64,000 nucleotides of DNA from Mollicutes bacterium. Its GTDB lineage: Bacteria > Bacillota_I > Bacilli_A > RFN20 > CAG-826. Position 1 is the first letter of the stretch; every line of letters begins with the position of its first letter. The stretch spans positions 1,256 to 65,255 of the forward strand of contig JALEXS010000022.1 in assembly GCA_022780025.1 (NCBI GenBank), read 5' to 3'. Of this stretch, positions 20,444-28,935 are shown piece after piece. Position numbers and translations under genes: made by a program. The notes beneath the pieces are model-generated. The model did no database searches, had not been told where the DNA came from, and worked only from the letters and a program-made list of their open reading frames with translations.

Positions 20444-21415
20444 CTAATCTCCATTATTTTTAATATTATTTAAAACTTCTTCTTTCTTTTTATTAGGAAT
20501 ATAAGCATCAAAAGTTGATCCACCAAACGCAGAAGTTGTTTCTATTTCGCTAACAAAAGCTTCTTTATCGATTTCAGAAATTAGTGCCTTTAAAAGTTTT
20601 GCTTCTTTATAAATTAATACACAATGAACAACATTTTTTTCTTCTTTTGAATATCCACCTTTAACAGTATAAATAGTACTGGTTTCATGAAATTCTTCTG
20701 ATATAATTCTTTGTATTTCATCTACTTTACTAGTTAAGATATCAAGAACAAATAATGTATTAAATCTACCATAGAAATTCTTTATAGTTAAAGAAGTAAT
20801 TAAAGCAGATGAAATACCAACCAATAATTTTCCCCAACTTTTATACAAAATAAACCCTAATATAATAGTAATAACATCTATTGTTAAAGTAGCAACATCT
20901 TGTTTTATATTAAAATATTTTACACATGCAACTGAAATTACATCACTTCCACCGGTAGATCCTTTTCCCATAAAACATAATGAAGCACCAAATCCTCCAA
21001 TTACACCACCAGCTAAGCCAAATAATATTAACTTAGCAGTAATATCTCCTTCATTGTAATAAGATAATAATCCCCATCTATCAACTAAATTTAATCTTAA
21101 AAATAAAGTTAAAAAAGTTGAATAAGCTATTGTTCCAACTAAAGTCGACATAGCAAATTTTTTACCAATTAAAAATAAAGCAACAAACCATAAAATAATA
21201 TTAATTACCCATAAAACTATATCAGTAGTATTTATTCCAGTAAAAGGCATTAATAAATTAGAAATCATCATCGCAATTGATGTCATACCACCTTTTACAA
21301 TATCAAAAGGAACAATAAAAATTGTATTAGATAAAGCTAATAAACAGCTACCAATCATGATTAAAATTATTTCTTTAACTTTTTCTGGTACATTCAAATT
21401 CTTTATTTTATTCAT
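20444..21415 (-). CDS. YitT-family membrane protein (DUF161 plus C-terminal DUF2179).
   Basis: Polytopic membrane N-terminus and a C-terminal soluble domain (YTVKGGYSKEEKNVVHCVL...). Confidence 0.55.
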   Translation of the reverse strand: MNKIKNLNVPEKVKEIILIMIGSCLLALSNTIFIVPFDIVKGGMTSIAMMISNLLMPFTGINTTDIVLWVINIILWFVALFLIGKKFAMSTLVGTIAYSTFLTLFLRLNLVDRWGLLSYYNEGDITAKLILFGLAGGVIGGFGASLCFMGKGSTGGSDVISVACVKYFNIKQDVATLTIDVITIILGFILYKSWGKLLVGISSALITSLTIKNFYGRFNTLFVLDILTSKVDEIQRIISEEFHETSTIYTVKGGYSKEEKNVVHCVLIYKEAKLLKALISEIDKEAFVSEIETTSAFGGSTFDAYIPNKKKEEVLNNIKNNGD

Positions 21416-21533
21416 ATAACATCCTCTTATTTTTTTATTAAATTCATTATCTTATATTTTATATATTATCATTAGAATTAATAGAACTTAATCAAATAAA
21501 TAGTCTTTTTTTATATAAAAGTTAAATAAATAT

Positions 21534-22037
21534 CTATTCTTTTTTATTAATATTTATTTTTAAAATATAGTTTGCAATTAATCCGATAAAAATCCCCGTT
21601 ACAATCGAAGTAAAACTTAATATTGGAAGATAATAAAAAAACGCACTAGTTCCCATATAAATACATCCAACAATTATTTGTGCTAATGAATGAACAATAG
21701 ATCCAATTACGCTTATTCCAATAATGTGTAATTTTTTAAGAAATTTCTTCAATATAGCCATTATAAATAAAGAAAATAATGCTCCCATTAAACTCATCAT
21801 AAATCCCATTGATAAGAAAGTTCCTCTTAAAAAACTAGCAAGTATTACTCTAATAATATTTACAAATAAAGTTGGTAAAAATCCATAAGTATATAAAGAA
21901 ACTAAAATAATAATATTAGCTATCCCAAGTTTCATACCAACAATAAAATTAGGTATATAACTATCAATAACACTCAATACTATACATAATGCAGTCATTA
22001 AACTTAATGTTGTAATATCTCTAACCGTTAATTTCAT
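21534..22037 (-). CDS. Gx transporter family membrane protein (heptaprenyl-diphosphate-synthase-component-I-like, PF07456).
   Basis: Small 5-6 TM protein immediately downstream of NusG_II and ApbE genes, which is the conserved flavin-trafficking neighbourhood. Confidence 0.45.
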   Translation of the reverse strand: MKLTVRDITTLSLMTALCIVLSVIDSYIPNFIVGMKLGIANIIILVSLYTYGFLPTLFVNIIRVILASFLRGTFLSMGFMMSLMGALFSLFIMAILKKFLKKLHIIGISVIGSIVHSLAQIIVGCIYMGTSAFFYYLPILSFTSIVTGIFIGLIANYILKININKKE

Positions 22038-22039
22038 AA

Positions 22040-22423
22040 TTATCCTAACTCTATATCAGCATCTTTATACCCATTAAGTTCAATATAAACTTCATTATAA
22101 GCACAAATTATTGGATTTAAAGAAGTAACTTTTCCATGTTTTATACAATCTTTTTTTGGACAACTACTTTCAATAACTTTTATTTCATTTTTCTTTATTG
22201 AAAGAGTCATAATTCCATTTTTACCATCTATATTTAAAAATCTTTCTTCCTCTTCTTTATTTAAATCTATCTTATACACTAATTTGTTTTCACAATAAAT
22301 ATAAGCAAAATTATCATTTGTTTTTTTATAAAATTTTATAAAAAAAGTGCCGAATAGAGAGGTTATTAATAAAATAACGACAATTATAATATCGAACTTA
22401 TATTTTTTAATAAAATCTTTCAT
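22040..22423 (-). CDS. NusG_II-domain membrane-anchored protein.
   Basis: N-terminal TM plus a beta-rich domain (KNGIMTLSIKKNEIKVIESSCPKKDCIKHGKV). It sits in the ApbE/Gx context. Confidence 0.45.
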   Translation of the reverse strand: MKDFIKKYKFDIIIVVILLITSLFGTFFIKFYKKTNDNFAYIYCENKLVYKIDLNKEEEERFLNIDGKNGIMTLSIKKNEIKVIESSCPKKDCIKHGKVTSLNPIICAYNEVYIELNGYKDADIELG

Positions 22424-22424
22424 A

Positions 22425-23426
22425 CTAATAATCTACTAAAATTATATCATTAGATGAATGAATTATTTTTTTATCTTTAAATAAACTATATTTAAAATTA
22501 TATTCATCTTTAATTTTATTTATTATATTTTCATCTTTAATAAGCATTAAGGATGTAGAAAGAATATCACTTAAAATAGGATCTTCATGCATTACAACAC
22601 TAAAGTCATAATTACATTCACTTAATCCAGTTAAAGGATTTATTATGTGAGAATATTTATTACCATCTACTTCAATAAGTTGCTCAAAAATACTTGATAT
22701 TCCTATGCTATTATTTTTTGTCTCTATTCCTTTTCTATTTAAATATCTAAGACCAACTAAGAAATTATTATCTGTTCTACTTGGATTAGTAGTTAAATAA
22801 ACACTACTACTTCCGCCATTAAGTAAATAATATTCAATACTTTCTTCCTTCATAAAATTCTTTAATTCATTTAATACATACCCTTTAGCAAAAGCTCCTA
22901 AATCAATTAAAGAATCTCCATCTCTTTTTATAGTCTTATCTAAATCATTAAATATTATTTTAAAATTATTTAAATTATTTAAAGATTTTTCAATATATTC
23001 TTTATCTAAATACGTTATTTTATTATCTTTATTATTAGTATATTCTTCATATATTTTTTTATATTCAAAAGTAAATTCACCTAAATATGGATTAAAATAA
23101 TTCTTTAAAGATGAATTATAATATTTATCAGCTAATTTTATAGCATTATATAAGTTATCATCTACTTTAATTTCTTCTTTAGAATGATTAATAGTATATA
23201 TGTTATTAATACCTTTATATTCATTAAAAGGATCGAATAATTTATTGTATTTATCTAATGTAGATTCAATTTTTCTAAATATAGAATCATCAACATCTTG
23301 ATATACATTTATATTAAATATAGTAGAAAAACTAAAATAATTCTTCGAAATGAATATTTGTTTAGAATTACACCCAAATAAAAATAGTGAAATAAAAAAG
23401 AGAATAAAAGATTTTCTTTTATTCAT
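22425..23426 (-). CDS. apbE: FAD:protein FMN transferase ApbE (lipoprotein).
   Basis: Lipobox LFLFGCN. ApbE signature DLGAFAKGY. It is downstream of the rnf operon, consistent with flavinylation of RnfG/RnfD. Confidence 0.75.
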   Translation of the reverse strand: MNKRKSFILFFISLFLFGCNSKQIFISKNYFSFSTIFNINVYQDVDDSIFRKIESTLDKYNKLFDPFNEYKGINNIYTINHSKEEIKVDDNLYNAIKLADKYYNSSLKNYFNPYLGEFTFEYKKIYEEYTNNKDNKITYLDKEYIEKSLNNLNNFKIIFNDLDKTIKRDGDSLIDLGAFAKGYVLNELKNFMKEESIEYYLLNGGSSSVYLTTNPSRTDNNFLVGLRYLNRKGIETKNNSIGISSIFEQLIEVDGNKYSHIINPLTGLSECNYDFSVVMHEDPILSDILSTSLMLIKDENIINKIKDEYNFKYSLFKDKKIIHSSNDIILVDY

Positions 23427-23429
23427 CTA

Positions 23430-23723
23430 TTATTTATCTCCTTGAGAATTTTCTTTTAGATAATTTATTATCTTTTCTTTATTTTCTTTTTTACTAGGTT
23501 TACATTTATCAGGAGTTGCTTCTTTTTTATTAACTAAAGCTTCAGCCATACCATTACATCCAGGATATCCACATGCTCCACAATTATATCCTGGTAACAT
23601 CTTAGTAACTTCTTCTATTCTAGTATCTTCTTTTACATACAAAATCTTGCTAAATATTGTAACCAATATTCCTAAAAGTAATGATAATCCTGCTAATATA
23701 AGTAAAGCATACAATATATACAT
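23430..23723 (-). CDS. rnfB: Minimal RnfB-like subunit: TM helix plus an N-terminal Fe-S domain only.
   Basis: LPGYNCGACGYPGC matches the RnfB N-terminal Fe-S (PF04060) motif. No ferredoxin-type CxxCxxCxxxCP clusters follow. Confidence 0.55.
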   Translation of the reverse strand: MYILYALLILAGLSLLLGILVTIFSKILYVKEDTRIEEVTKMLPGYNCGACGYPGCNGMAEALVNKKEATPDKCKPSKKENKEKIINYLKENSQGDK

Positions 23724-23929
23724 TATTTATCCTCCTTTTCTTCTTTATTTTTAATACCATTTAAATCACATTCATAATTTTTACAAGATGAACAATTTTC
23801 TTTATTAATTAATTTATCTTCACATCCTTTAGGAATTGGAGTTTTCTTATTTAAATAATATGTAATAAAGAAAATTGCAACTAATACTATAATTAATACA
23901 ATCGCTATCGTTAAATAAACCCATTTCAT
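23723..23929 (-). CDS. Small single-TM Cys-rich protein (FeoB-associated Cys-rich-like), inserted in the rnf operon.
   Basis: TM helix followed by C-x9-CSSC-x4-C. It is translationally coupled (stop/start overlap at 23723 and 23929/23932). Confidence 0.4.
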   Translation of the reverse strand: MKWVYLTIAIVLIIVLVAIFFITYYLNKKTPIPKGCEDKLINKENCSSCKNYECDLNGIKNKEEKEDK

Positions 23930-23931
23930 AA

Positions 23932-24516
23932 TTAATTTACAAAATTAAAGACTAATCCAACAAACGCTAAAGCCATAATTGCTGCTGTAATTAAAGCAAT
24001 TGGTAATCCTTTAAAAGCTTTAGGAACATTAGAATTATCAAGTCTAACTCGAATGCAACTAAAAACAAATATAACAAGCATAAATCCAAATGATGTACCT
24101 AATGCATTACCAACAGAATTTAAAAATGTTAAAGAATTATTTAATTGAACAGTACCTAAAACAGCGCAATTAGTAGTAATTAAAGGTAAATAAATACCTA
24201 ATGATTTATATAAAGATGGTGAAAATTTCTTAATAAATAAACCACATATTTGAACTAATGAAGCAATAACCAAAATAAAGACAATTGTATCCATAAACGG
24301 AATACCAGCAGGTACTAATACATATTGATAAATTGGCCAGCAAATAACTGTTGATAAAGTTATAACAAATAATACAGCAAAACCCATTCCAACTGAAGAT
24401 TCTGGTTTTTTACTAACGCCTAAAAAAGGACAAATACCTAAAAACTTAGATAAAATAGTATTTTGAACGAGCATTGCATTAATAATGCCTAAAAGAAATG
24501 CAACAAGATATTCCAT
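23932..24516 (-). CDS. rnfA: Rnf electron transport complex subunit A.
   Basis: NqrE/RnfA family. 6 TM, ~190 aa, positioned between rnfE and rnfB. Confidence 0.85.
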   Translation of the reverse strand: MEYLVAFLLGIINAMLVQNTILSKFLGICPFLGVSKKPESSVGMGFAVLFVITLSTVICWPIYQYVLVPAGIPFMDTIVFILVIASLVQICGLFIKKFSPSLYKSLGIYLPLITTNCAVLGTVQLNNSLTFLNSVGNALGTSFGFMLVIFVFSCIRVRLDNSNVPKAFKGLPIALITAAIMALAFVGLVFNFVN

Positions 24517-25265
24517 TATTTATTAGCTCCTTCCATTTCTTTAAGTTTAGCTTCTTCCTCTTTTTTCTTTTTCTTTAATAAAAGTTGAGTAGCTTTTTCA
24601 TTTTCTTCTTTACGATTCTTTTTAAATGCTAAAATCGCTAAAATTATTGCAAATACAATAAATGCTCCAGCTGGTTGAGTAAATAATCCAATTGAATAGT
24701 CATAAACTGGAATCCCAGCACTATTAACATAAGCTAATAAAGGAATAGAGAAACGAGGAATAAAAGTGAAAATATCACCAAAAGTAATCATACCAGTTCC
24801 TAATATTTCTCTAACTAAACCCATTAACATAATTGATAAAGAATAACCAACACCCATTCCTAAAGCATCAATGAGCGAATCTAAAGGTTTATTTTTACTA
24901 GCATAAGCTTCAGCTCTACCTAAAACGATACAATTAACAACAATTAAAGAGATATAAACGCCTAAAGTATCATAAAGTTCAGGAAGATAAGCGTTTGTAA
25001 GCATTCCAACAATTGTAACAAAAGTTGCAATAACTACAATATAAGCAGGAGTTTTAACTTCTTCAGGGATAATTTTTCTTAATAAAGATATTAATAAATT
25101 AGAACTAATTAAAACTATGGTAAATAAAATACCCATTCCTATAGCTGATTCTAAACTTCTTGTAGTAGCTAAAGCAGGACAAGTTCCTAAAATAGAAACA
25201 AATAAAGGATTTTCAGAGATAATTCCTTTTAAGAAATTCTCTTTATGTGAAGTTTTATTTTCCAT
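24516..25265 (-). CDS. rnfE: Rnf electron transport complex subunit E.
   Basis: NqrD/RnfE family with the motif GTCPALATT. Confidence 0.85.
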   Translation of the reverse strand: MENKTSHKENFLKGIISENPLFVSILGTCPALATTRSLESAIGMGILFTIVLISSNLLISLLRKIIPEEVKTPAYIVVIATFVTIVGMLTNAYLPELYDTLGVYISLIVVNCIVLGRAEAYASKNKPLDSLIDALGMGVGYSLSIMLMGLVREILGTGMITFGDIFTFIPRFSIPLLAYVNSAGIPVYDYSIGLFTQPAGAFIVFAIILAILAFKKNRKEENEKATQLLLKKKKKEEEAKLKEMEGANK

Positions 25266-25839
25266 TATTTAAAACCTCCTTAACATAACTAGAAGCACTT
25301 TCTGCCATCTCTTTTATAACAGTAGCTCCATAGGTTGCACCACAAGTAACATCAGTTAATAATCTATTTCCAGCATTATATTGATCAACATAATCTTTTT
25401 GAACTGTAGTTGCATATGATTCACTATTTTTAATAATTGAAATTCTTCCAAATGAATAATCATTATTAATAACTACGAGCATTGTAATTGTTCCATAATT
25501 ATTTTTATCAGAACCTTCAGTTTTAAATACATAACCATATTTATTATCGATATTTTCACCTTCATCACTAGATTTAGGATTCCAATAGCATAATAATTTT
25601 TGGTATTTTTTATCTAAATTCTTTAACTCAGTTTTATCACCAATAACTAAATCATTAGGAACGACTCCATTATTATCAATAAAAACTTCTTTAAGAGCTT
25701 TTTCTTCTTTTTCTTTTTCATGTTTAGTAATTGCATTACTAGTAAGCATATTAGTAGCAGCAATCAATAAAGCACTTATTGAACCAATAGCACATAAAAT
25801 TCCACCTACTTTTAAGCAATGTAATATATCTTTTTTCAT
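25255..25839 (-). CDS. rnfG: Rnf complex subunit G (FMN-binding).
   Basis: N-terminal TM, an FMN_bind-like domain, and a candidate flavinylation motif TCGATYGAT. Confidence 0.75.
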   Translation of the reverse strand: MKKDILHCLKVGGILCAIGSISALLIAATNMLTSNAITKHEKEKEEKALKEVFIDNNGVVPNDLVIGDKTELKNLDKKYQKLLCYWNPKSSDEGENIDNKYGYVFKTEGSDKNNYGTITMLVVINNDYSFGRISIIKNSESYATTVQKDYVDQYNAGNRLLTDVTCGATYGATVIKEMAESASSYVKEVLNNGK

Positions 25840-26963
25840 TATTTAACTACACCTCCAAAAAGTAAACTTATTATCATAATAATAGTTGGTATTACAAAAA
25901 TTAAAGCCATTGCAATTATATTTTTATAAGTATATTTAGTGTTGCTCCATTTTGGGAAATCAAGTACAGGAGTAAACATATTTGCTATAAGTAAAGAGAT
26001 AGCAACGCCTTCAGGAAGAGCTCCAAATAATCTAATAAGTACTGTTAAGCAACCACCAATCATTCCATACATTATTCTACTAGGTCTAGTTAAAGGTGAA
26101 GTTACTGGATCAGTAAACATAAATACACCGCCAAAAATTACACCTCCACTAAGTAATTCAAAAAGTGTAAAATGCATAACTTTGACTTGTGGAAGAATAG
26201 AATTTATACATAATCCAGCAATAATCATCATTATCAAAAACGTGCCAAAATATGAAAAAAGTATTCTAAAGTCCACTGTTTTTCTAAAAATCAAATAAAT
26301 TAAACCTAATAAAATAGTTACAGTATAAACTTCACCTAAAGTACCAGGCATCTTTCCTAAAAACATATCTAAGAAATTAACATTATTAATTGATTCATAT
26401 CCAAGACTCGAAATATTACCAAGTAAAGTTCCACCCATAGATGTATTTGGTACACTATTAAACCAAGAAGGTAAAGCTAAATATTTTCCATAGTTCGATC
26501 CAAATGATAATTTAGCAGCAACCATTCCAACAGCAGCCGGATTAAATATATTATTACCTAATCCTCCAAAAACTAATTTACCTAAAATTATTCCAATTAA
26601 TGCTCCAACAATTACGCTATAAATAGGTGCTCCACTTGGAGTAATTAATGTGTAAATCATAGCAGTAACAATAGGAGAAATTAAATTAACTAATTGATAA
26701 CGTCCTTTATAGGCATATTCAAATTTTTCCTTAAATGTATGTTTTTCCATATCTTTAGGTTTCATATGTGTTAACCCTATAAAAATAAATTCAGCTAAAC
26801 ACATTATTACTGCGCTAATAAAAAAATTAAGAAGAGTATTTAATGGAAAAATTACAGTACTAAAAATAAAAGTAGGTAATAATGCAATTATTACATCAAG
26901 CATCATTTGCCATGCACTATCTTTTCTTCTAATATGAGGAGATGATTCTTTTATAAATATCAT
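25839..26963 (-). CDS. rnfD: Rnf complex subunit D.
   Basis: NqrB/RnfD family polytopic membrane protein (NPAAVGM motif). Confidence 0.85.
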   Translation of the reverse strand: MIFIKESSPHIRRKDSAWQMMLDVIIALLPTFIFSTVIFPLNTLLNFFISAVIMCLAEFIFIGLTHMKPKDMEKHTFKEKFEYAYKGRYQLVNLISPIVTAMIYTLITPSGAPIYSVIVGALIGIILGKLVFGGLGNNIFNPAAVGMVAAKLSFGSNYGKYLALPSWFNSVPNTSMGGTLLGNISSLGYESINNVNFLDMFLGKMPGTLGEVYTVTILLGLIYLIFRKTVDFRILFSYFGTFLIMMIIAGLCINSILPQVKVMHFTLFELLSGGVIFGGVFMFTDPVTSPLTRPSRIMYGMIGGCLTVLIRLFGALPEGVAISLLIANMFTPVLDFPKWSNTKYTYKNIIAMALIFVIPTIIMIISLLFGGVVK

Positions 26964-28255
26964 AATTTTGCTATCACCTTTCCTTTTCTAACCCAATCTG
27001 TAACATTAATACGAGATGTACAAGAATATGTACATAATCCACATTCAATACACTTTAAAGGATTTAAAGTTTTTACTAATTGTCTATCTTTTGCTTTCAT
27101 TGCGTTCATAATTTCAACAGGTTTTAATCCAACAGGACAACTTAAAACACAGCTTCCACAACGAACACATGGTTCTTCAATATAATCTTTTTTATTTAAA
27201 ACAATAATTGAAGTAACAGTTTTTGTAATTATTACATCATCACTAGGAACACTAGCTCCCATCATAGGTCCACCCATAATAAAGACCTTATCGAAATTTT
27301 CATCCTTATATCCACCACATAATGGAATCAAATCGCTTAATGGAGTACCAACAACTACTCTAAAATTTTTAGGATATTTTATACCATCACCTGTTATAGT
27401 AATATTTCTTTTAACAACTGGCATATTATGTCTTAATGCTTTATAAATACCAACAATAGTTGATACATTAAAATTCATTATTCCGTATTCGCTAGGAAGA
27501 TGACCACTAGGTATTTCAATTCCTAAAGCTTCTTTAATCATTGCGATTTCCCAGCCTTGTGGATAATAATTTTTAACACATTTAACTTCGATATTTTCAT
27601 ATCCTTTTAATAATTCATGATAAACAAGTTTGATATCTTTATATTTAGATTTAATACAAATATAAGCCTTTTTAATATCAAAAATTTCCATTAAATATCT
27701 AATTCCGTTGATAACTCTATTTGGAAATTCGAGCATTAAACGGTGATCAGCAGTAATATAAGGCTCGCATTCAATACCATTAACTAATAATGTATCAATT
27801 TTCTTATCGATTGGTAATTTTATATAACTTGGGAATGAAGAACCACCTAATCCAACATTAGCAGTATCTTTAATAATTTTTATTGCTTCTTTTCTACTAA
27901 GGCTTGCAATTTGAGCTTCTGTTCTTTCAAAAACAGAATCATCACTAGTGTTTTTTAAATCATTCTTTATCTTAATAAATTCAACTTCTTTTCCACTACG
28001 ATGATAATGCTTTTCTAATCCTACAAATGTGCCAGAGACTGTACTATGAATAGGTTGATCAAAAAAAGGTCCATGACGCATACCAATTTTTTGAAAGCAC
28101 TTAACATAATCTCCTTCCTTAATAAAGAGTTCATATTTAGAACAACGTGTGTTTACAGTTGCAATAAAAACGTACTCAGGATGAGTATATCTAACTGTTG
28201 GTATAGAACCCATAAGTTCTTTGCTTTTACCAACTTTGGTAACTTTTTTAATCAT
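26960..28255 (-). CDS. rnfC: Rnf complex subunit C (NADH-binding, 2x[4Fe-4S]).
   Basis: CVRCGSCVLSCP and CIECGLCTYSC ferredoxin motifs plus the RnfC N-terminal barrel. It is the first gene of the operon. Confidence 0.85.
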   Translation of the reverse strand: MIKKVTKVGKSKELMGSIPTVRYTHPEYVFIATVNTRCSKYELFIKEGDYVKCFQKIGMRHGPFFDQPIHSTVSGTFVGLEKHYHRSGKEVEFIKIKNDLKNTSDDSVFERTEAQIASLSRKEAIKIIKDTANVGLGGSSFPSYIKLPIDKKIDTLLVNGIECEPYITADHRLMLEFPNRVINGIRYLMEIFDIKKAYICIKSKYKDIKLVYHELLKGYENIEVKCVKNYYPQGWEIAMIKEALGIEIPSGHLPSEYGIMNFNVSTIVGIYKALRHNMPVVKRNITITGDGIKYPKNFRVVVGTPLSDLIPLCGGYKDENFDKVFIMGGPMMGASVPSDDVIITKTVTSIIVLNKKDYIEEPCVRCGSCVLSCPVGLKPVEIMNAMKAKDRQLVKTLNPLKCIECGLCTYSCTSRINVTDWVRKGKVIAKL

Positions 28256-28516
28256 GTTAATATTATCTAATTTTAATGCATAACTTTCAAGGTAATAAAT
28301 ACAGAAAAAGTACCATTTTATGGGCTATTTTTGATTTATTTATTTTATAAAAATTATTTAAAATATTTATAAAATTTATTATCTAATTTCTTTATTAATA
28401 CAATATTTTTAGTCTATTTTTATTTCAAAATAGTACTCTTATTCAAAAAAAACCTGCAAAACTCGATTATTTTATATGAATTTGAAAAATTCATATTTAT
28501 TAAAGTTGACAAGCAA

Positions 28517-28547
28517 AATAAAAAGGATGATTTTATTCATCCTTTTT
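28517..28547 (-). terminator. Intrinsic terminator after the hypA-like gene (hairpin GGATGA-ttttat-TCATCC, flanked by A and T runs, so possibly bidirectional).
   Basis: aaaataaaaaGGATGAttttatTCATCCttttt. Confidence 0.5.
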
Positions 28548-28551
28548 CGCT

Positions 28552-28932
28552 TTATTTTTTTGTTTCTTCAGTTGTCTCTTCTACAACTTCAGGTACCAAA
28601 ATTTCTTTTATTAGAAACTCTCTTCCGGATAAGATATCTTTTTCAAATGAATTACATTTTGGACAATATCCTTCATTATCAATGATATTAAAAACCTCAC
28701 CGCAATTTTTACATTTTCCAAGACCAGGAATAACCTCAATTTTAAGTTTTGTATCTTTGAAGAATGTATGCTTATCAGTAGCAGCAGGCCAACATTCATC
28801 TAAATAAATTGGAATGACTCCAGATAACTGTCCAACTTGAAGAACTACAGTATCAACAGCTGGAAGATTTTCTTCTTCTACTACTTTTTCTAATGTATTA
28901 ACTATTTGAAATACAATTCCTAATTCATGCAT
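28552..28932 (-). CDS. hypA: HypA/HybF-like zinc-finger metallochaperone (hydrogenase nickel-incorporation-protein family).
   Basis: Starts MHELGIV. Overall pattern V.LQVGQLSGV.P..L, C-terminal CKNCG-x13-CPKC zinc site, 126 aa. Confidence 0.6.
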   Translation of the reverse strand: MHELGIVFQIVNTLEKVVEEENLPAVDTVVLQVGQLSGVIPIYLDECWPAATDKHTFFKDTKLKIEVIPGLGKCKNCGEVFNIIDNEGYCPKCNSFEKDILSGREFLIKEILVPEVVEETTEETKK

Positions 28933-28935
28933 ATG

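Noticed and set aside
28476-28497. 21-bp near-palindrome TATGAATTTGAAAAATTCATA upstream of rnfC
   Set aside because: It could be an operator, but it is AT-only and of the kind expected by chance in 70% AT DNA. No partner regulator is adjacent.
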